Source: Minisyncoccia bacterium
Lineage (GTDB): Bacteria > Patescibacteriota > Minisyncoccia > Phycocordibacterales > UBA918
Assembly (NCBI GenBank): GCA_041742075.1
Contig: JBGSJJ010000015.1
Location: forward strand, 65,132 to 129,131
Direction of reading: 5' to 3'
Length of the DNA: 64,000 nt
Below are positions 1-9,624 of the stretch, one piece after another. Position 1 is the stretch's first letter. Each line of letters opens with the position of its first letter. Below the pieces are notes generated by a model. That model searched no databases. It was not told the origin of the DNA and worked only from the letters and a program-made list of their open reading frames with translations. The position numbers were made by a program, and so were the translations under genes.

Positions 1-1217
1 CATGAGCCCGCTAAAGCCATGTTAGTACCGGTTGCAACTCCATTAACAAATAGACGTACGCTGTTATCTTCCACTTCTCCCGTAGCGCCACTATTTCTTT
101 GTTTATCGACAAAAGCTTGCACGCCTACAATGGTTGCATTTTCAGGTATATCAAATTGCAATCCATCAACTACTAAATAATTAGACGCTGTAGTACCGGT
201 TGTAGTGACGTTCGGAGTTGAACTGTCATTCGTAGTTCCATTTTGATAGCCAGACCAAGCAATACTTCCATACGAAGTATTGTTGGTACTCGAAAGAGCT
301 TGGGAAACCTGAGCCTTAAGTGAACCGACTGACGGTGTATGGGCTGACGGAATAGCAATCGTATGTGAAACCCAGTTTTCTGTTGCACTCGTATACGTAC
401 CCGGGTCTTCAGAAGAAGCGGTAGCAAACTTTTGCGCAACATTCGTTGAAGCGCCGGCAGCAGTGTTTGCCGCAATAGAGTTGAGATTACTGTAGCCCGA
501 AGGAAGAGCAGAGGCAACCACCTGCGCATCACCACTTCGAGTTGCCAAGAAAAGATAAGGTCGGACTGCGTCCATAGTAATAAGAGGCGGGTCAGTATTT
601 GTGGACGAATTGTTCGTTACCGTAGCAAAAGGCGCGCCGGCGTTTTGGATACGGTAGGCAATATATGACGCCTCTTCAGCAAACGGTATAGTGACTGTAG
701 CTGTGTCTACACCTGTCGCAAATTTCCAGAACACCGCTCCTGTAGCCTGTACCCCATCTTTTTCGTCACCAAGCTTGCCCCAACCATTACTATCTATATT
801 TAGTTCCCTTCTTCCATCCATTGAAAATACAACCAGGAGCAAATCCCCCGCAGTAACACCAGAAGGTAGTGTAATTGCGTGATCAGTGAGGTCACCTGTA
901 GACCGCCCAGAAGAAGTCGACATGATAGTTGGGTAACTATCATCTATACCGACCCCATGCCAGGTACTTTCTGTAGACTTTTTAAACTGAAGTGACGGCC
1001 TGGTGGTGGTGCCAGTACCGGTGACGTCTATCAAACCTCGAAAACGGAGTGTCTCATCTAGACCCCACACGATGTTTGCGTCTTGGGGAGCTAGCCAGGT
1101 TGCGCCAGATTCTGATCCATCATCAAAGCGGAAACGGAAACCTTCTTGGGCGACTTGCGCATCTGCCAAAGATACAAACAACCCGAAGAAAAGTACGGTA
1201 AAAGCCACGATACTCAT
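1..1217 (-). CDS. Secreted protein of unknown function, 5' part only (C-terminus lies beyond window start). Not in the supplied ORF track because no stop codon falls in the window.
   Basis: Manual translation of the reverse strand from ATG (complement of 1215-1217) gives an uninterrupted frame to position 1: MSIVAFTVLFFGLFVSLADAQVAQEGFRFRFDDGSESGATWLAPQDANIVWGLDETLRFRGLIDVTGTGTTTRPSLQFKK... It has an N-terminal signal-peptide-like hydrophobic segment, is Ser/Thr/Gly-rich, and sits 95 nt downstream of the giant gene on the same strand. Confidence 0.55.
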   Translation of the reverse strand, partial: MSIVAFTVLFFGLFVSLADAQVAQEGFRFRFDDGSESGATWLAPQDANIVWGLDETLRFRGLIDVTGTGTTTRPSLQFKKSTESTWHGVGIDDSYPTIMSTSSGRSTGDLTDHAITLPSGVTAGDLLLVVFSMDGRRELNIDSNGWGKLGDEKDGVQATGAVFWKFATGVDTATVTIPFAEEASYIAYRIQNAGAPFATVTNNSSTNTDPPLITMDAVRPYLFLATRSGDAQVVASALPSGYSNLNSIAANTAAGASTNVAQKFATASSEDPGTYTSATENWVSHTIAIPSAHTPSVGSLKAQVSQALSSTNNTSYGSIAWSGYQNGTTNDSSTPNVTTTGTTASNYLVVDGLQFDIPENATIVGVQAFVDKQRNSGATGEVEDNSVRLFVNGVATGTNMALAGS

Positions 1218-1312
1218 GAGTTTCGCTGTACTTAACCGGTGTACTACTTGACCGATTATGGTGCTTTTATTCGGCTGTGGTGATGTCTGATACATATATA
1301 TGTGTATGTGGG

Positions 1313-4300
1313 CTAGCTGGTCGGTTCTACTGCTTCTGATTCTGGTGACGCTTCAGGCTCTGGTTCGACTGGTTCAGGCTTCTCTACTACTGGTTCCGGT
1401 TCTGGAGTGGGTGGGGGCGTTTCTTCTACGACTGGATCTTCTGGTATATCTTCCGTCCCGCTACCTCCGCTTCCTCTCGACCCTCCTTCCCCACCACCTT
1501 CGCTTACTTCTGGCTCTGGTGCTGGAGCTGGTGGTGGCGTGCTTGGGCCGGTACCCGAACCGTTGCCATTAAGGAGTCGGCGCAAATCGTCAGCGGTCAC
1601 ACACACGTCTTCGATACAGAGTTGTTCGGTTTCCACAATCTCCGTCTTGATACCCGTCACGGTAAGGACCCCATCAACAAAGTTTTGGGCGAGCGTCTTT
1701 AGGCGATCCCAGAGTGACTCACCTGCTCCACCAAAGACGATGTCGGTTGAGGTTGAAGTGAGTTCACGCATTATAGTCGCAGTCCGCGCGTCATCGAAGC
1801 GACCAAGCTTTACAAACATGAGCACAGTACCAACCTGTACTTGCTGTCCGTTAACCGTAACTGACTTGGCTCTCACATTTTGGAGCACTTCGATATCTTC
1901 TAGAGTTTCTTCAGCTTCTTCTTCAAGCTCTTCGGCGATTTCAGTGTCCGGCACAACTGGCTCAGTATTCTTCACGCAGTTCGTAGCGCCAGCAGAACCA
2001 ACTGCACCACCACCACCATAGCTACAGCCATCTTGAGCTTTCGGGTCAACTGGTGTCTCAGGAATATCTGGCAAACGAATATCGTCACCAAACTGATTCA
2101 CGAACCCTTCTGAGTAGGCATACTCACCCGTAAAGTCTTCAAGCGCTGAACCAACCACCACATCGCCTGGTTCAGCTTTTTTGCCCACGCCTGGAATACT
2201 GGAAAGCGCGATTTTGTCACCCACCTTGATAGCACCATTTTCGGTTGAAAGCTTAATTGGCACACGACCGGTAAGCGCAATCGGGTAGCCCGACTCGCGT
2301 GAGCGGAGTGAGGTGTCGTCAAACCCAAGGGTCATACCTGGCTTAGTTGAAACCACACCAATGATTTTTTCAGTTGTCTCTGTTGAAGCGCGACCGACAC
2401 TAATACCACCATCTGCATACACAATCTCGCCAGGTTCGAGGTTCTCACGACTGAAGTACATTTCAGCTAAGTCAGAGTTACCAACCGTAGCGGAAACCGA
2501 AGTGATTCGTCCCGTTGTCGACGCGTTACAACTTCCGTCATTATCGACACAGAGTCCTCCGCGACCAATCTGGAGACCTGCCATAGTGGTGCCGTTACCA
2601 ATGGTGGTTGTACCGTAACTGCTGACCGTGAAGACGCCTGAACCAACGTTCTGAAGATTAATGAAGTTACCTGCGTATGAGCCCGTATCGTTACCAAAGT
2701 TCATCAAGAGACCAGAGCCAGTGAAGGTTGAGTCTTCTTGGTAGAGTGCCATGAGGGCCGCACTCGTGATAGTGCGTGAGTAGCCTCGAATCGCGTTACC
2801 TTGAATGGTACCTTCGGTTTCTGCATACACACCAGCTGGCTCATAGAGGTCGCCAGCGTCTCCCCGAGTGGTAGCGCGGAGTCCAAAGGTCCGTCCGAAG
2901 CCGGAGAGCGCCGTGCTTTCTCCAAGGGTATTGGTACCTCTATCCACCTGCACTTCAAGACCACGAATGACGTTTCCTCTACTAGTACTGTCAGCCAAAC
3001 GCAGGAGATTACCCACAATAGTGGTCGTCGCACTACCGGTGTGCACGATTTCTGTCTGGTTACCAAACTGCACGCCACCACCACTGCTGTTTGCGAGACC
3101 GAGGTACTGCATAATGCCTGCTGTTGTGGTACCAGTGACGCCAGTCGCTTGAATTGAAAGCTTACTATTTGGCGTGGTAGTTCCGATACCCATGTTACCC
3201 GCTGCAGTCACGGTAAGAAGTCTGGCGTTTGTAGACGAAGCCAGCGCAAAGATGTCAGTTGTGCCAGCAGTACCAGTTACGGTAAGTTTCGCGGTTGGAG
3301 TTGTTGATCCAATACCAAGATTGCCGAGATAATCAAGTCGCATCCGTTCTGCTGGCACTGCATTATTTGCCGTAGAGAAAACTAATGCACCTTTGTATGC
3401 GCCATTTGTGATGTCAGTAATTATTCCAGATAAACCAGCCACGTTAGTCATGCCACCAGTCGTGCGGTTTGCACCGAAAAGAAGTTGAGTTCCGTTATTA
3501 TTTGTAGCTACTTCGTCATTTTGTAGTCGAGCCAAATCAAGTGTACCAACAGCACTGTTTATAATATCTAGCTTATACGCAGGGGCAGCTGTTGAATCTA
3601 GAAAACTACCAATTCCAAGATTTCCAGTATCACGCTCAACACGAAGTAATGGCAAAGAACTCGCCTGACTAAGTATTTCAAAGCCATTTCTAGTACCATC
3701 AAACCTACTGTTATAGCGAAGAATAATACCATCGCCTCCAGTCTCCTCTAAAACTACCTGTGCGCTTCCATTACTTGATGTATTTGAAAGTCTCAATTCA
3801 ACTGGATTAGACGTGCCATTTGCCGCAGAGAGATGTAATAACGCAGTTGAGTCCGGGTTAGCTGTACCAATACCAACTGCACCTGAACTTTTTACAGTAA
3901 GCAGTCGAGAGTTGGTTGACGAAGCTATTGCAAAGATATCGCCAGCCCCAGCAGCTCCAGTAATAGCTAATCGAGCCGTCGGCGTACTAGTACCAATACC
4001 TAGATTAGTCCCAGTGAATACAAAATCTGTACTGTCAGTAAGTGCTGTCGCACCACTGTTCGTATACATAATACGGTTAGCTGTGAAGGAAGAAGGTGTG
4101 TCGGTAAGCCCAAGGAACGTACCATTACCGAGACCAAGCGTACTCGTCGCCACCCAACGAGTACTGGTACCAGTAGTTTGAAGCACCATACCTAATGTAC
4201 CGGTGGCGTTGTTGTTGTCACGAAGTGCCCCTTGGAGGTAGGTGGTGCCAGAAAGCGTGAAGCCGAGGGTAGAAGAAGCGTTCACGAGGGTGGTGTTGGT

Positions 4301-7300
4301 GAGCATTGAGGAAGACGCGCGGACAAAGCCACCACTGGTTCCTTGTTCGTCACTAAGGAGGGCGGCTAGACCATTGGAATCGGTGAAGGCTGCTGAGGTG
4401 CCGAGGGTTGAGGTAGCCACCCACCTCGTACTCGTGCCGGTGGTCTGAAGCACCATACCTAATGTACCGGTGGCGTTCACTCCGTCACGGAAGCCGCCGG
4501 TGAGACGGAAGTCGCCGGCTACTGATAGTTTGCTGGCTGGGGAGCTGGTGCCGATGCCGATGTTGCCACTACTTAAGGTGGTGCCGGTACCGTCGACACC
4601 AGTACCAAAGATGAGGTTACCGATGTTGAGTACGTCGTCTTGAGTGGTGGAGAAGGCATCGATATCGTAACCAAGGAAGATACCTCGATCTACCCCTGTG
4701 GCGTTATCAGCAACACGATATCCAATCGCGATAGTACCAGTACCGTTGTTTACTGAAAGAGCATCCCTGCCAAGTGCAATATTTCTCAAACCAGTTGAGT
4801 TTGTAAACAAGGTGTAGCTACCGATACCGATGTTGTCTATACCAGTAGTGTTAGCAGCCAAAGATTGAATACCAAGCGCTGTATTATTTGAGCCGGTAGT
4901 GTTTTGTGTAAGTGTTAGTTCACCGAGCGCGATGTTATAAGAACCACTTGTGTTTTCATCAAGAGCAAATGGTCCTATGGCCACATTATTGAGGCCACTC
5001 ATGAGTGCGGTTGAAGAGCCAAATAACGCATTTTGTCCGATGGCAGTATTATTCGTACCGGTTCCTAAGAAACGAAGTGCCCCATCACCAATCGCGTAAT
5101 TGTAGGTACCGGTGGTAATAGAGGTAGATGACGCGCCGGCGAAGAAGAAGTTATTGCGTGTTGTCGAGCCGGTTAGCACTGGAGTAGTACCCATGAAGTA
5201 ACCAGCTGAGGCGGTGCTTGAGCCATTAATTGCAAGTGTGCCGAAAACAGTTGGCGCAGTAAGGATTGACGACGATGCGCGGACGAAGCCACCACTAGTT
5301 CCCTGTTCGTCACTAAGGAGGGCGGCGAGGCCGTTTGAATCACTGAAAGCGGCTGAAGCGCCGAGGGTTGAAGTAGCGACCCAGCGGGTTGAGGTGCCAG
5401 TCGTTTGGAGAATCATCCCCAGCGTACCCCTGCTACCAGAGTTATCACGAAGACCACCGGTTAGGGTGAGGTCGGTGAGGGTTGAAGTGCCGGTCACAGC
5501 AAGGGTGCCGGTTGCGGTTAAGTTGCCGCCGAAGTAGCCACTGCCAGCGACGGTGAGTTTGCTGCTTGGAGTGGTGGTACCAATACCAACCGCACCATCA
5601 TTAGCAATCACAAATGGGCTCGTGTCACCGAGTACATCATTTACCTGAAAGCTTATATCACTCGTTTCGTTAAGAACGAACAAAGCTGCGCCAGCAGTGA
5701 TTGAACTCGTACCCACAGCGACATCTCCATTAGCTTCAACCGCAAATGATGCTTGCCACGTCGCTCCAGAGTCGTTGCTTCTTCCGATACCAAATACAGA
5801 CTCACTACCTGAAGCATCACCAAACTGAAGAGCGTGACGATTTCCACCTTCTAACGTAGCCAGAGTGAAGCGTCGAGCAGAATTAGCATCGGTTTCCATA
5901 CCGAGCGCGTACGGGTCGTTATTTTCCGCTACGCTATTGTTAAATGTCATAAGCAAATTCTGATTTCCTACCGTCAGTAGGTACGGTGGTGTGCTGGTGC
6001 CAATCCCCACATTGCCATTACCATTAATTCGTATCCGTTCCGTGTTATTAGTGCCAAGAATAAGAGCGTTATTGTTTACGTTTCCGACTACCAGTGGAAA
6101 GTCTCGACCGGCATCTTGTGCAATAAGAGCGGCTGTGCCAGAGCTAAAACCAAAGAGTGTTCCGCCTGTCTGCCCAATATAAATATCGGCCGTGTTGCCA
6201 AAGTTTCGTATGTATTGAAAACCACTCGTGGTACCATCGCCCACCTGCAATTGGTAAGCAGGATTTGCAGTACCAATACCAACATTTCCTGTCGCACTAT
6301 CGACAAACAGCGTCGGTGTTGTCCCTGTCCCCACCCTGAAGTTCCCCCACACATCAAGCTTACTCGCTGGCGTCGTAGTACCAATACCTACATCACCACC
6401 ACTGGTGACAGTAAATAGACGTGCATTTGTGGACGAAGCTACCGCAAAGATGTCACTCGTGCCAGCAGTGCCTGTTATGGCGAGCTTGGCTGATGGGGTT
6501 GATGAGCCGATGCCGATGTTGCCAAATCGATTTATAGTCATTCGCTGTTCCTCAGCACCAGTCCAGAACTGAATCGATCCTTCTGGGTCACTTGGACCAC
6601 TTGGATTACCAGCCACAAAAAGAATATTTCCTCGCTGGTCCGATAATTCATTAAAATCATTACCCCGAGCGAGGAAATAGGCACCCTGGCTAGAATTATT
6701 TGAACCTCTACCAGCGGCAAAAAAGCCGATACTAGCATTGACTGTCCCAGAATTTTCTGATGAGAGGTAGAACAGATTGTCAGTCGCCTGAGAGCCTCCA
6801 TTTAATAAAATATTATTGGTAAATTCAGTTAAACCATTAAAAGTAGTTTTGCTCGTAGAAACATCTGTAAAGAGTGCTGGCACCGTACCAGTCCCCACGC
6901 GGAAGTTCCCCCACACATCGAGCTTTGCATTGCTGTGAGCAGTAGTTGAGCCGATAGCTAAGCTATCACTGAGTGACGTGAGGTATGAAGTAGCGCCACC
7001 ATCAGTGAAGAGTGACCCGCTTCCAAACCCAAGCGTTGAGGTAGCTACCCACCTCGTACTCGTGCCGGTAGTCTGGAGCACCATACCAAGGGTACCCGTC
7101 GCGTTGTTGTTGTCTCGGAGGGCCCCTTGGAGGTAGGTGGTGCCAGAGAGGGTGAAGCCAAGAGTAGAGGAGGCGTTGATGAGCGTAGTGTTGGTGAGCA
7201 TGGAAGAAGACGCGCGGACGAAGCCACCACTCGTGCCTTGTTCATCAGACAGAAGCGCAGCGAGTTCTGATGAGTTAATGAACTGAGCTGAAAGACCGAG

Positions 7301-9619
7301 GGATGAAGTCGCAATTTGATTCCAGGTATTGCCTGCTCCACCAATGAGGAGTTGGTTCACGCCAGTGGTTGAGGTACCGGTGCCTCCACGGGTTGGGGCT
7401 AAGATACCGATGGTATCTGAAAGCGCGATGCCGAGTGTACTGGTAGCAATCCACCGTGTAGAGGTACCGGTAGTTTGCAGCACCATACCTAAAGTACCAG
7501 TGGCGTTGTTGTTATCTCGGAGGGCACCGTTTAGGTACGTCACTCCAGCCAAGGTGAGGTTGGTTGATGAGGCGTTGAAGAGTGTTGGGGCGGTGAGGAA
7601 AGAGGAGGAAGCGCGGACGAAGCCACCTGAGGTGCCTTGTTCGTCGGTAAGAGCAAGAGCGAAGTTGTCTGATGATGGTGTTGCGAGGAAGGTCGCAACG
7701 TTGGTACCAAGACCTGAGACACCAGTACTAATCGGGAGACCAGTGGCGTTCGTGAGCACACCAGAGATTGGGGTGCCAAGAGCTGGAGCGATTAAGGTTG
7801 GACTGGTGAGGGTAGAGGAAGACGCACGAACGAAGCCACCTGAGGTACCGTTCTCATCAGAGAGGAGGGCGGCGAGTTGGTCGGAGTTGGTGAAGGCTAG
7901 TGAGGTTCCTAACGTTGAAGTAGCCACCCACTGAGTACTGGTGCCGGTGGTTTGGAGGATCATCCCGAGGGTACCACCTGAGTTAGAGGCGTCACGGAAG
8001 CGACCGGTAAGGGTGAGGTCAGAGAGAGTACTCGTGCCAGTAATTGATAGGGTGCCGGTTGCAATCACGTTACCAGCGACAGTAAGCAGAGCTGACGGTG
8101 AAGTGGTACCGATACCGACGTTGCCATTTGTCATCACGGTCATGCGCGACACACCGTTCGTGAACAGACGTAAGTCGTGGTTACTAATCGTGCCAATGAA
8201 ACCTTGCGAGGTGTCTGAACGTAATTCGGTAACTACATTGTTGGTAGTATTGATAGTCCTCAGTCCAGCTTCAGCAGAAGTTCCTTCTAGATGCAGAAGG
8301 CGTGCTGGTGAAGTCGTACCGATACCGAGTCTCGTCCCGGTAAATACAAACGTGTCACTATCAGTGAGTCCAGTTGCACCACTGTTTGTAAACGGAATCC
8401 GGTTGGCGTTGTACGCACTTGGTGTATCACTCAATCCCAAAAAGGTGTTGTTGCCAAAGCCAAGGGTAGAGGTACTCGTCCAGGTAGGCTGACCGCCCGA
8501 GACAGCAAGCACCTGACCAGCTGTACCAATACTAAGCGCAGCCGGTGTGTCAATTGCCGACGCGTAAAAGAGTGAACCACTCGGCATCGACGGCATGTCC
8601 GCTAAGTCAAACAAAGACGATCCCGAGAGGTCAGACAAGTAGGCATTGTCGAGAGCACAAATAGTACCGTTACAAGAAAAATCACCGAAGTCTAAGTTTG
8701 CCAGGTTGGTTGGTCCAATTGCATTTGCCGTTATTTCTTGTCCGGTGAGTGACAGGTAATCTTCTCCGGCTAAAGTGACAGCATCATGCCCAGCTGAAAA
8801 CCCAAGTGAGCTGGTCGCTACCCACTGGGTGCTTGTACCAGTTGTGAGAAGCACCATCCCAAGCGTACCGCGACTGCTGGCGTTGTCTCTAAGGCCACCC
8901 GTAAGCGTGAGGTCGGAGAGCGTGGTAGTACCCGTGACAGCCAAGGTACCCGTTGCGGATACGCTACCCCCGAAGTAGCTGTTTCCACTGACGGTGAGTC
9001 TCGCTGACGGAGTACTTGAGCCGATACCGACGTTGCCCGAGTTAGTTATCGTAAACAAATTGGTCACTCCTGAAAATAGTTCAAGTAAGTTACCGGCTCC
9101 ATTTTGAATCAAGGTGAGAAGTGCATTTGAACTTGTGGTAGCGAGTGTACCAGCCTGGTCACTGCGTAAGAAACTGGTCGTAGCTAAGCCTCCAAACTGC
9201 TCAGCGTTTTGCGCCTCAAACGCGGCTGGTACCGTTCCGAGAATCTTTCGTGGCGACATTTCGGCATCGGCCTCGATACTCACACCAAGGTAAAGAGTTT
9301 GCGTAAAGTCGACTCCTGCGCTCGCAAAAGAGGTGGTACTGCCGAGCATAACTGAGAAGAGTCCATTTGTAACCGTCACTTCGTTTGTACCATCGAGCGT
9401 CTCTGTCCAAATAGGTGAACCAGTTGAGGCAACGGTGTAGAGTGAGAATTCCATCTCATAGGTGCCGTTTGGAACCGCCACACCAGCGTTTGTGGTGAGC
9501 TTTCCTTGGTAGTTGATAGTCGGACTTTGCGCCAGTACTTGGGTCGATACAAACAGACCACAGGCAAAAACAATCAGGGTAGCGATCGTAAGTTGCAGTT
9601 GTAGCCGGAAGTGAATCAT
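1313..9619 (-). CDS. Giant (2768 aa) secreted/surface repeat protein with a signal peptide, an N-VGIGTTxP-x-KL-type beta-helical (tail-fibre-like) motif array, seven near-identical ~33-aa repeats, and a Pro/Glu-rich C-terminal tail.
   Basis: Single uninterrupted 8.3-kb ORF. N-terminus MIHFRLQLQLTIATLIVFACGLFVSTQVLAQ is signal-peptide like. The motif GxLRDNxxxxGTLGMVLQTTGTSTRWVATSTLG occurs 7 times and AALLSDEQGTSGGFVRASSS about 6 times. GNVGIGTTSPSxKLxV motifs recur. C-terminus is ...STPPPAPAPEPEVSEGGGEGG...EPEPVVEKPEPVEPEPE. Composition is dominated by T, S, G, A, N. Confidence 0.8.
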   Translation of the reverse strand: MIHFRLQLQLTIATLIVFACGLFVSTQVLAQSPTINYQGKLTTNAGVAVPNGTYEMEFSLYTVASTGSPIWTETLDGTNEVTVTNGLFSVMLGSTTSFASAGVDFTQTLYLGVSIEADAEMSPRKILGTVPAAFEAQNAEQFGGLATTSFLRSDQAGTLATTSSNALLTLIQNGAGNLLELFSGVTNLFTITNSGNVGIGSSTPSARLTVSGNSYFGGSVSATGTLAVTGTTTLSDLTLTGGLRDNASSRGTLGMVLLTTGTSTQWVATSSLGFSAGHDAVTLAGEDYLSLTGQEITANAIGPTNLANLDFGDFSCNGTICALDNAYLSDLSGSSLFDLADMPSMPSGSLFYASAIDTPAALSIGTAGQVLAVSGGQPTWTSTSTLGFGNNTFLGLSDTPSAYNANRIPFTNSGATGLTDSDTFVFTGTRLGIGTTSPARLLHLEGTSAEAGLRTINTTNNVVTELRSDTSQGFIGTISNHDLRLFTNGVSRMTVMTNGNVGIGTTSPSALLTVAGNVIATGTLSITGTSTLSDLTLTGRFRDASNSGGTLGMILQTTGTSTQWVATSTLGTSLAFTNSDQLAALLSDENGTSGGFVRASSSTLTSPTLIAPALGTPISGVLTNATGLPISTGVSGLGTNVATFLATPSSDNFALALTDEQGTSGGFVRASSSFLTAPTLFNASSTNLTLAGVTYLNGALRDNNNATGTLGMVLQTTGTSTRWIATSTLGIALSDTIGILAPTRGGTGTSTTGVNQLLIGGAGNTWNQIATSSLGLSAQFINSSELAALLSDEQGTSGGFVRASSSMLTNTTLINASSTLGFTLSGTTYLQGALRDNNNATGTLGMVLQTTGTSTRWVATSTLGFGSGSLFTDGGATSYLTSLSDSLAIGSTTAHSNAKLDVWGNFRVGTGTVPALFTDVSTSKTTFNGLTEFTNNILLNGGSQATDNLFYLSSENSGTVNASIGFFAAGRGSNNSSQGAYFLARGNDFNELSDQRGNILFVAGNPSGPSDPEGSIQFWTGAEEQRMTINRFGNIGIGSSTPSAKLAITGTAGTSDIFAVASSTNARLFTVTSGGDVGIGTTTPASKLDVWGNFRVGTGTTPTLFVDSATGNVGIGTANPAYQLQVGDGTTSGFQYIRNFGNTADIYIGQTGGTLFGFSSGTAALIAQDAGRDFPLVVGNVNNNALILGTNNTERIRINGNGNVGIGTSTPPYLLTVGNQNLLMTFNNSVAENNDPYALGMETDANSARRFTLATLEGGNRHALQFGDASGSESVFGIGRSNDSGATWQASFAVEANGDVAVGTSSITAGAALFVLNETSDISFQVNDVLGDTSPFVIANDGAVGIGTTTPSSKLTVAGSGYFGGNLTATGTLAVTGTSTLTDLTLTGGLRDNSGSRGTLGMILQTTGTSTRWVATSTLGASAAFSDSNGLAALLSDEQGTSGGFVRASSSILTAPTVFGTLAINGSSTASAGYFMGTTPVLTGSTTRNNFFFAGASSTSITTGTYNYAIGDGALRFLGTGTNNTAIGQNALFGSSTALMSGLNNVAIGPFALDENTSGSYNIALGELTLTQNTTGSNNTALGIQSLAANTTGIDNIGIGSYTLFTNSTGLRNIALGRDALSVNNGTGTIAIGYRVADNATGVDRGIFLGYDIDAFSTTQDDVLNIGNLIFGTGVDGTGTTLSSGNIGIGTSSPASKLSVAGDFRLTGGFRDGVNATGTLGMVLQTTGTSTRWVATSTLGTSAAFTDSNGLAALLSDEQGTSGGFVRASSSMLTNTTLVNASSTLGFTLSGTTYLQGALRDNNNATGTLGMVLQTTGTSTRWVATSTLGLGNGTFLGLTDTPSSFTANRIMYTNSGATALTDSTDFVFTGTNLGIGTSTPTARLAITGAAGAGDIFAIASSTNSRLLTVKSSGAVGIGTANPDSTALLHLSAANGTSNPVELRLSNTSSNGSAQVVLEETGGDGIILRYNSRFDGTRNGFEILSQASSLPLLRVERDTGNLGIGSFLDSTAAPAYKLDIINSAVGTLDLARLQNDEVATNNNGTQLLFGANRTTGGMTNVAGLSGIITDITNGAYKGALVFSTANNAVPAERMRLDYLGNLGIGSTTPTAKLTVTGTAGTTDIFALASSTNARLLTVTAAGNMGIGTTTPNSKLSIQATGVTGTTTAGIMQYLGLANSSGGGVQFGNQTEIVHTGSATTTIVGNLLRLADSTSRGNVIRGLEVQVDRGTNTLGESTALSGFGRTFGLRATTRGDAGDLYEPAGVYAETEGTIQGNAIRGYSRTITSAALMALYQEDSTFTGSGLLMNFGNDTGSYAGNFINLQNVGSGVFTVSSYGTTTIGNGTTMAGLQIGRGGLCVDNDGSCNASTTGRITSVSATVGNSDLAEMYFSRENLEPGEIVYADGGISVGRASTETTEKIIGVVSTKPGMTLGFDDTSLRSRESGYPIALTGRVPIKLSTENGAIKVGDKIALSSIPGVGKKAEPGDVVVGSALEDFTGEYAYSEGFVNQFGDDIRLPDIPETPVDPKAQDGCSYGGGGAVGSAGATNCVKNTEPVVPDTEIAEELEEEAEETLEDIEVLQNVRAKSVTVNGQQVQVGTVLMFVKLGRFDDARTATIMRELTSTSTDIVFGGAGESLWDRLKTLAQNFVDGVLTVTGIKTEIVETEQLCIEDVCVTADDLRRLLNGNGSGTGPSTPPPAPAPEPEVSEGGGEGGSRGSGGSGTEDIPEDPVVEETPPPTPEPEPVVEKPEPVEPEPEASPESEAVEPTS
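4150..8900 (-). repeat. Intragenic long direct DNA repeats within the giant gene (units of ~100-300 bp, several segments of 30 nt or more identical).
   Basis: For example, gaagcaccatacctaatgtaccggtggcgtt is identical at 4185-4215 and 4449-4479. Related copies lie near 5395, 7060, 7450, 7925 and 8810. gacgcgcggacgaagccaccac-type copies lie near 4310, 5270, 7200, 7610 and 7810. The repeats also produce the repeated antisense ORF translations in the track (ARTKPP(L/E)VPCSS...). Confidence 0.8.
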
Positions 9620-9624
9620 ACCGG

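Noticed and set aside
173-1251. Track ORFs 173..535(-), 691..882(+), 1003..1251(+)
   Set aside because: Different frame or strand from the uninterrupted reverse-strand ORF 1..1217, which has a signal peptide and gene-like composition. These are low-complexity, Arg/Leu- or Ser/Pro-rich artefacts.
1407-8978. Numerous + strand ORFs in the track lying inside the giant minus-strand gene (1300..1572, 1407..2021, 2313..2618, 2801..3157, 3813..4181, 4242..4448, 5214..5537, 7329..7934, 7941..8492, 8775..8978 and others)
   Set aside because: They are antisense shadows of a high-GC-skew repetitive gene. Their repeated peptide blocks (ARTKPP…VPCSS…VEVATH) simply mirror the sense-strand repeats. No independent start or SD signals. 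The 8.3-kb sense frame is far more probable.
6800-9619. Possible Peptidase_S74 / intramolecular-chaperone (endosialidase CTD-like) auto-processing domain near the C-terminus of the giant protein
   Set aside because: Tail-fibre-like motifs are present, but the diagnostic Ser-x-x-x-x-Lys (SDxxxK) catalytic dyad context was not found in the candidate region (NSDLAEMYF lacks the Lys). Only a generic beta-helical adhesin call is kept.
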